A stretch of DNA of 47,399 nucleotides from Nemertoderma westbladi (GCA_032718475.1 JAUCBJ010007099.1:1-47399), one strand, 5' to 3'; counted from the stretch's first letter, positions 1-12,010 are shown. The notes: generated from the sequence alone by a model not told the origin. Program-made: numbers and translations.

Positions 1-2055
1 TAACTGTTGAACAGTCCCTTCTAACTCTCGGACCTGTTGAGAGGAGCGTGTTTGATTCTCCTCCATCTTTCTGAGGAGAATGTCCATCCCCCGCCGTCTC
101 TCGTCCACCCAATCAACCGCCGAAACGGGATCCGCCAACGTCGTAGCGGGCGGACGAGGGACAACGGGCGACAAATCTGGAATATTTCGCTCGGGGTCCA
201 GGACCTGAACTGTCTCCTGGGCAGTTCTACTGGGCACAGGTAGCTTAGTGCTAGGTAGAGGGAATTTAGAAGTAGCTTCAGGGAGCACAGGTGTGTCTAT
301 CACCGAAGGGGTGATTTCAAGAACAGGCCTAATTATTTCAGGCTCATCTACTATAGTAGGGAGTCTTTCTATTGTAATTATTTGGTCTGTGGGCTCTGTA
401 CTACCTAAGTTGGTGTTATTTAGTTGCCTTCTAACAGCTGGAGGCAAATCAGGCAATTTCTGACGGTGGAATGTTCTTTTACGTCTGCTTAGGCGAGGTC
501 GATTTCCTCCGCCTTCGGTGTCGGTGGTATCGCCTTCCTCAGATGATGTATACCCCTGTCTCTTGGGAGTAGATCGACTCATCATCTGCATATTGCTCGC
601 TGTTAACTGTTTATTGAAGTTGTCTTGCTTCTCTTGAAGAATTTCCAACTCTAGTTGGGTTGTTTCTTCAGCCGCTTTCCGTTCTGCTTCTGCCACTTTT
701 GCCTCTGCCGCTGCCTCTGCCTCTGCCGCTGCCTCTGCCGCTTTTGCCTCTGCCGCTGCCTCTGCCGCTTTTGCCTTAGCCGCTGCCTCTGCCGCTTTTG
801 CCTTGGCCGCTACCTCTGCCGCCTTTGCCTTGGCCGCTGCCGCCTTTCTTTCTGCTTCTGCAGCTACCACTGCTGCTTTCTTTCTGTCTTCTATGCGTTT
901 TTTCTTTACTTGTTCTTCCCTTTCTCTAGCGATGCGGAGTTGTTCATCGAATTTAGCTTGGTTCGCCGCTAACCTATCCACATCAATCGCATCTAACACA
1001 AGTTTGGCTCCTTCGCTATTAGGGCTAAGTCCCTCTAGCCTTCTCCTCAACTCTTCATCTCCCACAAAACGCTGATAGTCTGACAGATAGATATCAATGG
1101 CATCCTTCTTATGCGGTTTCTCTGCCGTCGCTTCACTTTCCACTTGGGAAAAAGTAGCGTCTGTTGATTCTCCATGGGTTGAGCGCTCCTCCAACTGAGC
1201 CTTCCACTGAGCTGCTCCTTGAACCTGGCGACTCACCCGTTGAAACCAAGTCTTTACGGCAACTTGCAACGACGTGTCTTGTCTTCTTTTAGAAGCCTCC
1301 TCAAAGGCGGATAAGATTAGCCTAATTCGTAGAACTCTTTCTCTAACTTGATAAAGCAGCGATCCCTGCTCTTGAGGTCCTTGAGGTTGTTTAAACAGTT
1401 GTCTTTCTACTCGCTCCATAGAGCTGAAGAATCCCTGGGCGTATCCGGCTGCGGACCTCTTCCATACAGCTGGATCGATGGTTTCCTTGGCTACTCCCAT
1501 CCGGTGTATGTCTTCCCAGGCAGCTTCTGATAAATCAAACGGGAGTCCGGGTCCGGGGAAGTTCCATTGCGACTCGACAATAGACTTCAGTTCTTCACTA
1601 GTGTATCCCGCGTAGCTATCTCTAGTTGACCGTTGACTTCTCGCCCAATCGATCTGGTGTTCTTCCACCGCGATCAATAACCCAGCGAGCACGGCTGCAG
1701 GAAGGATGAGAAGGGGATCCGTATAAACCGCATCCGTCATCTCTGCTCCGCTCTCGGGTGTCAGCTCTACAGTATCCTCACTACTGGAGCTGCTGGGCCG
1801 CTGAGGAATAAGTTCTTGACTAGTGGGTTGTTGCTGTTCCGCTGCCTTTTGGTCCCGCTTGACCTGAGCTCGAGTGCCTATGATAGACCTACGATGTTGG
1901 ACCAGCCTAGGTTCTGTTATTACTACTGGAGGGATGACCTTCCTCACAGTGGGAGGTGAACTGGATTTACGACCAGACGGTTGTACGTCTCTATCTGAGT
2001 CGCAGATAGTTACATCTAATAAACTGTCTGACAGGTTCTGCTTAGTATCAGACAT
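1..2055 (-). CDS. BEL/Pao Gag N-terminal part (open to the window edge, so absent from the ORF track)
   Basis: ATG at 2055 gives MSDTKQNLSDSLLDVTICDSDR..., homologous to MSDTQQNLSDSLIDTTICDSDR of 13379..17233. Same frame at base 1 (...QVRELEGTVQQL). Contains an expanded AEAKAA-type repeat at about 690-850. Confidence 0.85.
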   Translation of the reverse strand, partial: MSDTKQNLSDSLLDVTICDSDRDVQPSGRKSSSPPTVRKVIPPVVITEPRLVQHRRSIIGTRAQVKRDQKAAEQQQPTSQELIPQRPSSSSSEDTVELTPESGAEMTDAVYTDPLLILPAAVLAGLLIAVEEHQIDWARSQRSTRDSYAGYTSEELKSIVESQWNFPGPGLPFDLSEAAWEDIHRMGVAKETIDPAVWKRSAAGYAQGFFSSMERVERQLFKQPQGPQEQGSLLYQVRERVLRIRLILSAFEEASKRRQDTSLQVAVKTWFQRVSRQVQGAAQWKAQLEERSTHGESTDATFSQVESEATAEKPHKKDAIDIYLSDYQRFVGDEELRRRLEGLSPNSEGAKLVLDAIDVDRLAANQAKFDEQLRIAREREEQVKKKRIEDRKKAAVVAAEAERKAAAAKAKAAEVAAKAKAAEAAAKAKAAEAAAEAKAAEAAAEAEAAAEAKVAEAERKAAEETTQLELEILQEKQDNFNKQLTASNMQMMSRSTPKRQGYTSSEEGDTTDTEGGGNRPRLSRRKRTFHRQKLPDLPPAVRRQLNNTNLGSTEPTDQIITIERLPTIVDEPEIIRPVLEITPSVIDTPVLPEATSKFPLPSTKLPVPSRTAQETVQVLDPERNIPDLSPVVPRPPATTLADPVSAVDWVDERRRGMDILLRKMEENQTRSSQQVRELEGTVQQL

Positions 2056-4255
2056 GACTAGGTATGTACAGTTGAATGCCTACTGCTATATTACAGTCTA
2101 AGCAAGTCTAGTAACTCAGTATGAACTGCTAGCCTAGTAATTAATTACCGTTACTGCTACTCAGTGTAGCGTGATATATATATAATATATTAGAATACCG
2201 GTATACTTATAGTATATATAACTATATAAGTATTATTACAGACTAGGTTTATCACAGAATACCGGTATAATTTTAGCACAAATATATATAAATATATAAT
2301 AGGCCTATCGGAATACCGGTATACAGCTTACAGTTTGTAGGATATATAATTCTGAAATAGAATTAATTACAAGTACCGGTATAATTTCAGCCTAGATTTA
2401 TAGAAATAAAGATAATAGGCCTATCGTAAATACCGGTATATCAATTATTTCAAATAATTGAATTTCTGTTACTTTAGGGTTACTTTGTTACTTTACTTAC
2501 TTTATTACCGTTATTTGAGCAGTAATCCAACTGATATTGAGACCTAATTGTTATATGGTAGGCCTACTATTTATAAATCGTTAGATTTGATTTATAATTT
2601 ATATATACCCGTTTTAATGGGTTTTGTCAATGTTTGAAATAAATGTTATTATTTCTGGGGGTAATCACTACACAAAGCGGTGCGCTTTCAGTGAAGTGTT
2701 ACATATAGGACACTAAAACAAATAATTCTAATTTACCTAAGTTACTTAATACTACAAATTACGTACAATTCGGGTGAGATTACAATCTCTAAATAAACAC
2801 AAAAATTTACGAAAACACAAATACGAATTTTTAGGGTAATTTTACAAGAAGTCTACAAACCAGCCTAACAAAGGGTTAGATAACCGGTTATTACAACGGA
2901 CAGGGTACTACGGTATTTGAAATAATAAGTAGTAGTAAATACACTGCGTTGTCTAGATAGGAAAATACCACCGCCTGACGACCTATAGCCGTATCGCTAT
3001 AGGTTCTACGTTATGTATCACGGAGTGTTCCTACCTAGAAGTTAATAGAGCTAATCGAATGTGCCTATCAACCACTTTACAACACAGATATAATGCCTAC
3101 ACTAATTACTTCCGGAAAGCACTGTACACTAAACCCTAAATTAGGTACGAGTACTTGTACAACAAATAATCAGTAGTTAAATATACTTGAACAGCTAAAA
3201 GAACCACGGCATCTGCTGGAGTGACCGATGCACAAAATCACCAGTCTTTACCTACGCCGAGCAGCCCGTATAGTACCGAGGTTAATTTAACTATAGCGGT
3301 ATGTATAACAAACACAATTACTGTAGGAACAAACTTGGGGAATGAATGTTGCGGATAATCGCATAAACTCTGAATAATAAATATTACGCTACGCGTACAA
3401 ACTACTCAAACAAAATACAGACCGAACACTGACAGACTACTATCAAGCCTAAACAAACTACGGTATATGCAGACTCCGAAATGATTAGGGAGTATGCGCT
3501 CTAACCCAGTAGTGCGACTTATTCTTTAGTTGGGGGATTACCTTACAGCGTTCGCTGCCCCTACTGCCTAATCGTACTTAATCGGACAGATGATCTACAC
3601 ACGCGGCAATCCGTTCAGACCTAATAACAGCCAGACAACTATCCAGCCTACAAATTATCTAAATAAAATTATACGCTACCCATACAGACTTACACAAACA
3701 AAGTACAGACTAAACGATGGCAGACCACTCTCAAGCCTAAATAAACCACAGGACATGCAGACTCCGAAATGATTAGGGAGTATGCGCTCTAACCCAGTAG
3801 TGCGACTTATTCTTTAGTTGGGGGATTACCTTACAGCGTTCGCTGCCCCTACTGCCTAATCGTACTTAATCGGACAAGTGCTCTACACACACTGCAATTC
3901 GTTCGGAGCTAACAGCAATCAGACAACAGCTCAGCCTACAAATTGTCTGTCCAATCTGATCAGGTTTACACGCCTTCTGTTCAATACTGGCCTACAAACA
4001 AATAAAACTTGACAGAAATAAGTAAAAATCTCAATAAAAAACCAGGGCTGCAGTCCCTGATAAATTATTAAGGCCTACTGGTATATAATAATCAAAATCG
4101 AATAATACTGCTATACCTGTACTGCTGTAGGTACCGGTCCGGGTGGTTAGGTAGTCAGGCCTACTGGTACCGGTTCTGGCAGTTGGGCCTACTGACCTAC
4201 AGATGTACCGGTTGACCGGTACTTTCAACTTTATTGCTTACTGCAACAAAGAAGC

Positions 4256-4267
4256 TATATCCTTTAA
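4256..4267 (-). promoter_or_regulatory. Non-tRNA primer-binding site of copy A (TTAAAGGATATA), complementary to LTR 4988-4999
   Basis: Abuts the LTR end; 12/12 reverse complement of TATATCCTTTAA in its own LTR; no TGG start. Confidence 0.75.
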
Positions 4268-5389
4268 TGTTCGCGCTTTCAGACCTTTGGCAGTTTAACC
4301 CACCAAATTAAGATGTCTTCTAGATATTAAATCTGTTTTTTAGTCTATGACAAGTATTTGATTCACTACACTAGTCGAAACCAATCCGTGCGCGACCATT
4401 CACCCGCTGGATATTCCCGGGAGATTGGGTTCGACGGTTTAATTTTATTGCTATGTAAGCCTAATGTATTATTCGACTGACAGTACTATATAATCTCTGA
4501 CAATATTATTCACCTTCGGTAATATTAACAGTTCCTTTAGGACGTGGCGCTTTATCTATATAAACAGAGTTATGACTTAAACTACTCACAACGATATGGC
4601 TTAATTATAATTCACATATATGGCGCATTCTTTAGGAATTGCTTCTTTAACAGACTCACTCATACACAATGCTGCACAATACTGCACACTAATCTGCCAA
4701 TCTTCACTGATTTTAGTCACATATAAAAGGAACACAGGCTGACTCATGTAGGGTCTATCAAATAACATTAGATTCACTTCAAACCACTTTAACACAAGTC
4801 ACAATCGTTATTGGTAACCTTTCTCTCTTACCTTCGGTATATCAAGAATATTGGGTTGCGGGGTTATTTATCGTTATTCCAAATATAATAATTCATCAAC
4901 CATATTATGAAGAACTGACAGTAAATAGCAGTATAAAACAACAACTGAACAGTTAGGTAGATCGGTACGTCAGTACCGGTATGTCAGTTAAAGGATATAT
5001 GCCCTTTATAATTAAACCTACCAGTGTACGACTAAAAAACAGTACAGCACAAAATACTTCCAAGCCGTTCTTTCTTTGGCTCAAGACTGAATGTCAACAC
5101 TGCACATAGGCATTGCGTCATTTCTCGGAAATTTTCTGTACAAGGAGCCACAAAAACGCTCTCATTGGCTGACTGAACTGAGAGACGCCGTAGAACAAAG
5201 GAAATCAACACGTATGAATGTCAGCTGTTAACCGTAGTCATAGTAACTACTGTTCAAGAGTAGCTATCACCCCTTTGCGTCACGAATTGCCATAGAATCA
5301 TAAAATATGCCTTTCACAGTACACATACGGAGGAAATAGGTCTTAGATCCTCTAAAAACACCGATACAGCAATAATACGGTCTCTTACA
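4268..5389 (-). repeat. 5' LTR of BEL copy A (about 1.12 kb)
   Basis: 3' end ...AAAGCGCGAACA matches the copy B LTR end. 5' end placed at TGTAAGAGAC (5389) by the TG rule only; the partner LTR is outside the window. Confidence 0.7.
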
Positions 5390-5777
5390 CTTATTAAATC
5401 AACTACAGAGTATTTTAATGTAAAAGATAATAAAAATAACGGGGCAATTCAGCAAAGGCTTTTACAAATTCCATCGAATTGCTAACACCAAAAAACCGGT
5501 GTAAATCAAAAATAGAGATGTTACAATTAATATTTAATGAAATGTAATTTTCAAAAAACGTCTCAAAAAAAGTGCCAAAAGTAGGGTTAAAAAATGGTGC
5601 TATAACTCGAAAACTACCCAATATTTTTGAAAACGGTTTTCACTACTAGGAAGACAATAGATTTTTAGGAAAAGTCGTAAAATTTCAGATTCCAAACTGC
5701 GTTTGTTTTAGAATTATAACAAAAAAACCACGGGGGGGGGGTCATATTGACCCCCCCCCCGGGTTTAATAGGGTTAA
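5390..5777. mobile_element. piggyBac-like MITE terminus
   Basis: Ends ...TTTAATAGGG|TTAA (CCC terminus plus TTAA site), with a subterminal poly-G/TCATATTGA/poly-C hairpin at about 5732-5760. Confidence 0.5.
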
Positions 5778-8190
5778 TTGATTATTAAACATTGAGGCGG
5801 GATATTAATTCTCCGAGGTGGGAGTTTACTACTGTGTCTCAAAAAGATAATTATAATAATATAACGGGGATATTTATACTAAACTCATTTGCTGCAATGG
5901 ATTTTTAATTTATGTTATTTTGTTATTTTAGATGCATCGAGAGCGGTGAGGTGTTTGCCGTTATTGCTAACGACGGCAAACAGTCGGCAAGGCTGTTTAT
6001 GGACAGAAAGAAGTGTTGGCGTGGGGTCCCAAGTCCACATCATAGACCCTGTTCTCATAGGGAAAGAGAACTCCGACCTCGTTGTTGTCGGGGTAGACGA
6101 TATGCTGGTACTGGTAATCCAGCCGTCCAATGTGGAGAAGTCGGCCGTTACTTGGGACCCCGAGTCGACAGCGATGGGTTCCTTCGCTATGAGGGCGACA
6201 GCCCTCAACCTGAACCGAATCAAGGTGGTGGAGGATGTCTGTGGCGGGGCAGTACGGGAGGGACTGTCCCTGTCTGGTGTCCTGCCCCCCCAGTGAAGTG
6301 GGGATTCTATGTGGCTGTTAAGCCGGATTTCCTCCAGGCCATAGATCGGGTCACGTCGCGTCGCTTTCTAAACAGCTTTATAGGAGGTAGATGCCTCAGC
6401 CTGGATGAGGTCCCTCAGTGTCGCGAGTATATCCGGCAGATGTTAAGGGACCTTAACGTCTTGGAGGGGGTTCACTGGATGGTGTCTGGGTGGATGCGGC
6501 CAGCGTTGAAGGAGGGTGATGAACAAGTCACTCTTCCTTCCTACCACATATCATCCATCTGGCTGCTGGATTATCCAGTGGGCGTCTTCCCAGTTTGTCC
6601 TTTCAATGCTGGACACATATAACTCGTTACACATCCCATAGGGGCAGCAGGGCGCATAATTAATCAATTATGATCTTTTATTTGTTCTTTATTTTTCGTT
6701 TTTCATAGTCCATAGCTTTAAATTGTCCATAGGACCTGCTAGCGTGTTATTAATAATTAGTGATGTTTTTGGAATATTTATTTTGTTATTATAGTTTACT
6801 TAAAATGCGTTCTACCAAAATCATAATTAATGATCGTATTATATCAGGCCAAATAAGTATTAAATGTAGTTATATCACATTTTGTAACACGCCGAGACAG
6901 TTTAATGTTTTGGTTTGTAACGTGGGTAATCTGGTAAAACCCCTTAAGTCGATTTTTGGCCATTTTCAGGTTTTTGGTGATTCTGGTACCTTAGATTGAT
7001 ATCCACCTTCTGACAAAACCCCAGAAGTTAAACAGCGATAATAACGGAGAAAAACGCAAAATAAGATCCCGTCTAAATATCGCTTGATCTGTTAAAACCC
7101 CCTAAGTAGTAGTGAGTTTTGAAGTAGGTCTACGGTATTAGTATTAAATGAATAGGTTGCCTACTCAACACCTAACAGTATTTTTAAATAGCTGCAAATT
7201 TGTAATGCTTATTTTAACCTTTAAAAAAAATACAGTAGTTGCACAGATTCGGTCGTATCGTCCTTACCTTATGTTAGAGGCAATGAGTGCGGAAATTAAA
7301 AAAATCAAGGAGAGCTACTTGTAACAAGTACGAAAAATAGAAAAGAAGGTCTCACCACTCATTTCCAGTATAGACCCCTCAGAACTAACTCCTCTCTAAT
7401 GGTACTACTACTAAAGGCTACTTCTCTAAAGGAAACGATAATCAGAGAATATTCAGAGAAAGTATACTTGGAAATATTTACTACAGTTACTAGGCAACTG
7501 TATGTACTGTAGGCCTATGTTGTGTACCAGTGTAGGCAATTCCTTACATTATATTAATTGTTTTTTATTATATTAATTGTTTTTTAATGTATTATACAAA
7601 ATTCATGCGCTTATACATAAACTGAGTCACAGATCGTTGAAAATTCTTATAAAAATAATACAAAGATGGAAGTGATATTCTGAGAGTCAGAATTTATACT
7701 TTCGCTTTCAAACTTTTCTACTACAGTAGCTTATTATGTTGTGACAAAAACCGAAGCAAAGTTATAATATTCTTAGCAATTAGGAAAATAATATTTACTA
7801 AAATAAATTGTCATTTCTTCAATATAATTGTAATTATTTATTTAACAGCAACAAATTTTGTTTACCAGAGGGAATATAATTTGTCATAAACGAAACGTAC
7901 AGAACAGAAATGCCATACAATCAATGAATATATTACAATATAAGTAAGTAGGTATATCAGTAAATCTAGTGTATTAAAGTAAAAGTAATATCTTATATAG
8001 TTTTCTGTAAGGTATTAAATATATCAACATTGGAAGGCGTGTAGGATGGTAAAATACTATTAAATGTCCTTGTACAAACTCTTATAGAACTCTGTTTAGT
8101 CGAATTGGGGGTTCCATCATTAAGGTAACGTATTCTTAAGCCTATGAAAAATTTTATTACATAAATGTTTAAGAACATAGATATGGATGG

Positions 8191-8345
8191 ATGGATATTC
8201 CTTTCCACTGTATATTCAAATTATGTAAGAATGAAAACACTTCTGGTTATAAATTACTTAATTCTTCATTAGTCTGTCAGTGCGACAACTCAGCTGTACA
8301 GGACGAACATCATGTTCTACTTCACTGTCCTACAGTATGTCTCCA
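8191..8345 (+). pseudogene. Possible decayed non-LTR retrotransposon ORF2 C-terminal zinc knuckle
   Basis: VCQCDNSAVQDEHHVLLHCP resembles the C..C...EDExHxLxxC end motif of LINE ORF2. Confidence 0.35.
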
Positions 8346-8540
8346 CATATACGTAGTAAGTTTAGCATCCGGTAGTGCAATCAGATTTGCAGAGCCTTTT
8401 TGCCTTGTCGCCAGAACTTTGGTGCTTATTTAACTATTTAATTTTAGTAATTATCAATTAATATAATATATTACTACTAATACAGTATAATGTAAATGCA
8501 TTGGCAATAATGCCAAATGAATCATGAAAGTTGTCCTAAA

Positions 8541-10004
8541 CTAATCACTTGCTTCATCCTCATCGCTCGTTTCACTATCTTCGCCATTATCTTTGCCGCC
8601 TTCTTGTTCCTCGTCACAATTTATCAAAATATTGCTGATGTCATCAGGGAAATACTCATCCGACCACTGGATGGATCCATCATCATTCCAGCCATGATCT
8701 GTGAATCTATTTATCGCGATAATATTATTTAGTGATGCTTTCCAGAGGTAAGCAACATAGTTGGCTCGTTTTATATGGAGACTAAGTACTCTTTTACAAG
8801 GGGGCATTGTTGACAAGTCATGGCATCTATGTTTCTTTAGGCAGTGCAAATTAAAAATCTGGTATCTAAGCTCATTGACAGTCCAATGTTGTTCTTGTTT
8901 GGTTGAATACAGTGAGCCCACATACTTCTCTAACACCAATTCCGTCTCTGCAGTTAATATTATCGAGCTTCCAAGCTCGGCAAATATTCTTTTGAAGTTC
9001 GAACACTTTTCAGCTATCTTCCAACAGCGTTTTTTAGATTTTCCAAAGAATGATGAAACCTGATCGTCTCCTGTAAAAGCGTGTACTCCTAGTACGCAGT
9101 CTTTTAGTTCTGTTGGCATTTCGAAATCACTAATTCGCAATACCTTGCGGGATTTGTTCCTTCCATTATCTAAAATAACATTTTAATCGTGAGGATGTCG
9201 AAAAAAATGTACATTATTATGTAGATTATTTCTTTAGAATCATTACAAGAATCTACAAATTCAACAATATTTGTGATATTAATGTTTCCATGGCCAGTAA
9301 CTGAATCGACTTTCTGGTTGAAGTTATCAAACCACCAAAACGCACCTAAGTTTTGGTATTTTCGCTGTGGTCAGGAGCCGATTCCACCACTCTAATTCAG
9401 CTTCTGCTTCATCAGACTCAATCTCACAAACCAACTTATAATTAATACTATGACCTAAGTGAGACAGTATTCTAATTGGAGTTTTCATTCCTATCATGTT
9501 ATGCAAGCCAAGGCCAACAAGAAAATGTTTCAATGTTACGAGTTTGCCGTTAGAAATAGCTTTGATGACATCTGACATAAGGGAATTGATGTAAACCTTA
9601 CTTTTGTCGGCACTGAAATGGCCCTTTCTTTTTAATATTGAGTTAAAGAATGTCTCAAGTGATTTTGGGAATTCTTTCTGTATATCTTTCAGCGACTCAA
9701 TATTTGGTATATTACCACCACTTATGTTTTCATGTTTGTCTATAAATTCCACAACATCATCATGGATATATTCAGCCGCATTCCTAATTATTATATTCTT
9801 ATCTTTGGAACTGGCTACAAGTTCTGGAGTTTTCCCATCAACCTGTAAGAAGGTAATTCTATCCTTATACTCTTGTTGGATCCGCTTCTTTAATGTACTG
9901 CGATAACTTCTTTCATTGTCTGTACCAAAACCTGTTCCATATGCTTTGTGTAAATTCAGAATCGACAATATTCCTTCTCTGTGTATTATCTGGTTGTTGA
10001 CGAC
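8541..10004 (-). pseudogene. Academ-type DNA transposon 1, central and C-terminal part (XPG/FEN-like nuclease region)
   Basis: Motifs HAFTGDDQVSSFFGKSK, VNELRY, MPPC...HIKRANYVAYLWK, HGW and LHNMIG.K...LSHLGHSINY. Internally deleted and frameshifted. Confidence 0.7.
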
Positions 10005-11196
10005 TGTAAAAGCTTTTGTGGGATAACTGATACGTTTGCCTTTGCTGGCCAGTTCCCCCCCAGTCGCTAGAATACTCTCAAAGGGATTTATAACTAAAAT
10101 AGTGCAAGCTACCAGCTTATTGGCTGATGTGCTGTACGGAGATATCTGGGCTCAGTTTAATCGGCCAACTAGCTTAGAGAGGTTGCCTTAGCCTTGCTGT
10201 TCGTGTCGGCCAATAGAATTTGCGTAGGCGTTGATTTCAACCTATCCCAGCGCTACTGAACTGAATTTCCTATCTTTATGCTCATCCTCTGTGTTGAACG
10301 GGGCTTCGTGGAATAAGAGTTTTTGGTATACTCGTATAGTAGTAGTAGTCATATGATTTTATATGATTCTGTTGTTGTGTTCCCATTTTCGCCATAACAC
10401 CGGCTTTTTGGGAAGAACTCTAGTAAAACTGCTTAAATTATCGAAAGTATAAACTGTTACCTAACCTACCGATCAATCTAATCAATCAACCTACCTATTA
10501 ATCATATTGTTTGTACTGTTATTTACTGTCAGTTATTAATTGTACCTATTTGTTGATGGAAATATTGCTCTTTGGATAATACGGATAAATCACCCAAATT
10601 CCCAATTTTCTTGATACACTACAGGTTAGAGAGACCGGCTATACATAACAATTGCGATTTATATTAATGTGGTGTGTATTGAATCCAATGTTATTTAGCA
10701 GACCCTACGTGAGTCAATTGCTGCTCTCTTTATGTGTGATCAAATATACTGACGGTCGGCAGAATAGTGTGTATGATTGTGATTGGTAACAAAGTATTTC
10801 CTAAAGAATACGCTTTATACTTTAATCATAAGCGGTATCGTTGCGTTTTAGTATAAGTCTTAGTTCTGTTTAAATAGATAAAGCGCCACGTCCTAAAGGA
10901 ACTGTTAATATTTCCCGAAAGCCAATAATATCTGTCAGAGATTAATTATTAACGATCTATCGAATAATACAGTAGGTATACACTGCAACCTTACACTGCA
11001 ATAATACAATTTAAGCAACCGAATTCAGCCTCCCGGGTGTAGATCCATCGGGTGAATGATCGCGCATGGGCTGCCTTCGGCTAATGTTTTGCATATTAGC
11101 ATAAAATATTGTCGTATGCTAAAGGTGTTTTAATTAACTAAAAGACATATAAATTTTGGCGGGTTAAACTGCTAAAGGTCTTCAAAAGCGCGAACA
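10005..11196 (+). repeat. 5' LTR of copy B
   Basis: TGTAAAAGC...GCGCGAACA; direct repeat of 21092-22283 with only two substitutions found by eye (CCCGAAA/CCCTAAA; TTGCATA/TTGCGTA). Confidence 0.97.
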
Positions 11197-11209
11197 GTAA
11201 CAGTTTATA
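11197..11209 (+). promoter_or_regulatory. Non-tRNA primer-binding site of copy B (GTAACAGTTTATA), complementary to LTR 10448-10460
   Basis: Starts at the first base after the LTR; 13/13 reverse complement of TATAAACTGTTAC. Confidence 0.8.
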
Positions 11210-11547
11210 ATCTTATTGCAGTAGGCAATAAGGTTGCAAAATACCGTAGTGACTGGTAAAACTGAACCGGTACTTCTGTAGGTCAGTAGGCCTAACTGTC
11301 ATCACCGGTACCGGTACTGCTGTACAAGTACATTTGGTATTATTCGATTTTGATTATTGTATACCAGTAGGCTGTTTAAGAGATTAGGGACTGTACACCC
11401 CTTGTTTCTTTTGGAGCTTACTTATTTCTGTCGGTTTTATTTCCTAGTAAGTTAATATTGAGCTGAAGACGTGTAAGTCTGCTCAGATTGTTCAAATAAT
11501 TGTAGGCTGAACTGCTGTCTGACTGTGTTGAGTTTGGAGAGATTACG

Positions 11548-12010
11548 GCGTGTGTAGAGTTTGTCTGATCAAGTGCCGTTAGTAAGTTGGGGCAGCCATA
11601 TGCGGTAAGGTCAATCCCCTCTTAAAGAATAAGTCGTACTACCGTGTTAGAACGCATACTAACTAACTGTTTCAGAATCTGCATATACTGTAGTTTATTT
11701 AGGCTTGATCGTAGTCTGCCAGTGTTTTAGCCTGTGTTTGTTTGTGTGGTCTGTTCGGGTACCGTAATAGTTATTACTCAAATATTTTGTAGGCTGGATT
11801 GTTGTCTAGCTATTCTTAGGCCTGAAGGGATTGCTGCGTGTGTAGAGTTTGTCTGATCAAGTGCCGTTAGTAAGTTGGGGCAGCCATATGCTGTAAGGTC
11901 AATCCCCTCTTAAAGAATAAGTCGTACTACCGTGTTAGAACGCATACTAACTAACAGTTTCAGAATCTGCACATACTGTAGTTTGTTTAGGCTTGATAGT
12001 AGTCTGCCAG
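11548..12010 (+). repeat. Duplicated block with 288-bp period in the 5' leader
   Basis: GCGTGTGTAGAGTTTGTCTGATC... starts at 11548 and 11836; the same 288-bp period occurs in copy A (3467 and 3755). Confidence 0.9.

Larger units (their letters stand above)
1..5389 (-). mobile_element. BEL/Pao LTR retrotransposon, copy A (5' part; runs off the left edge)
   Basis: Reverse complement aligns with the LTR 3' part, 5' leader and gag of the element at 10005-22283. LTR reads TGTAAG...GCGCGAACA on the minus strand. Confidence 0.9.

Noticed and set aside
655-1075. Cys-rich and Ala-rich plus-strand ORFs
   Set aside because: Antisense shadows of the AEAKAA repeat in copy A gag.
2975-3010. Second hammerhead (CTGACGA plus hairpin)
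   Set aside because: No GAAA after stem II, and it is antisense to the element.
10874-11160. Group I intron core (GCCACGTCCTAAAG, TCAGAGATTA and AAGACAT resemble Q/R/S elements)
   Set aside because: Could not build P3/P7 consistently in both copies, and TCAG is better explained by a local stem with CTGTTAATATT. Kept only as unexplained structure.
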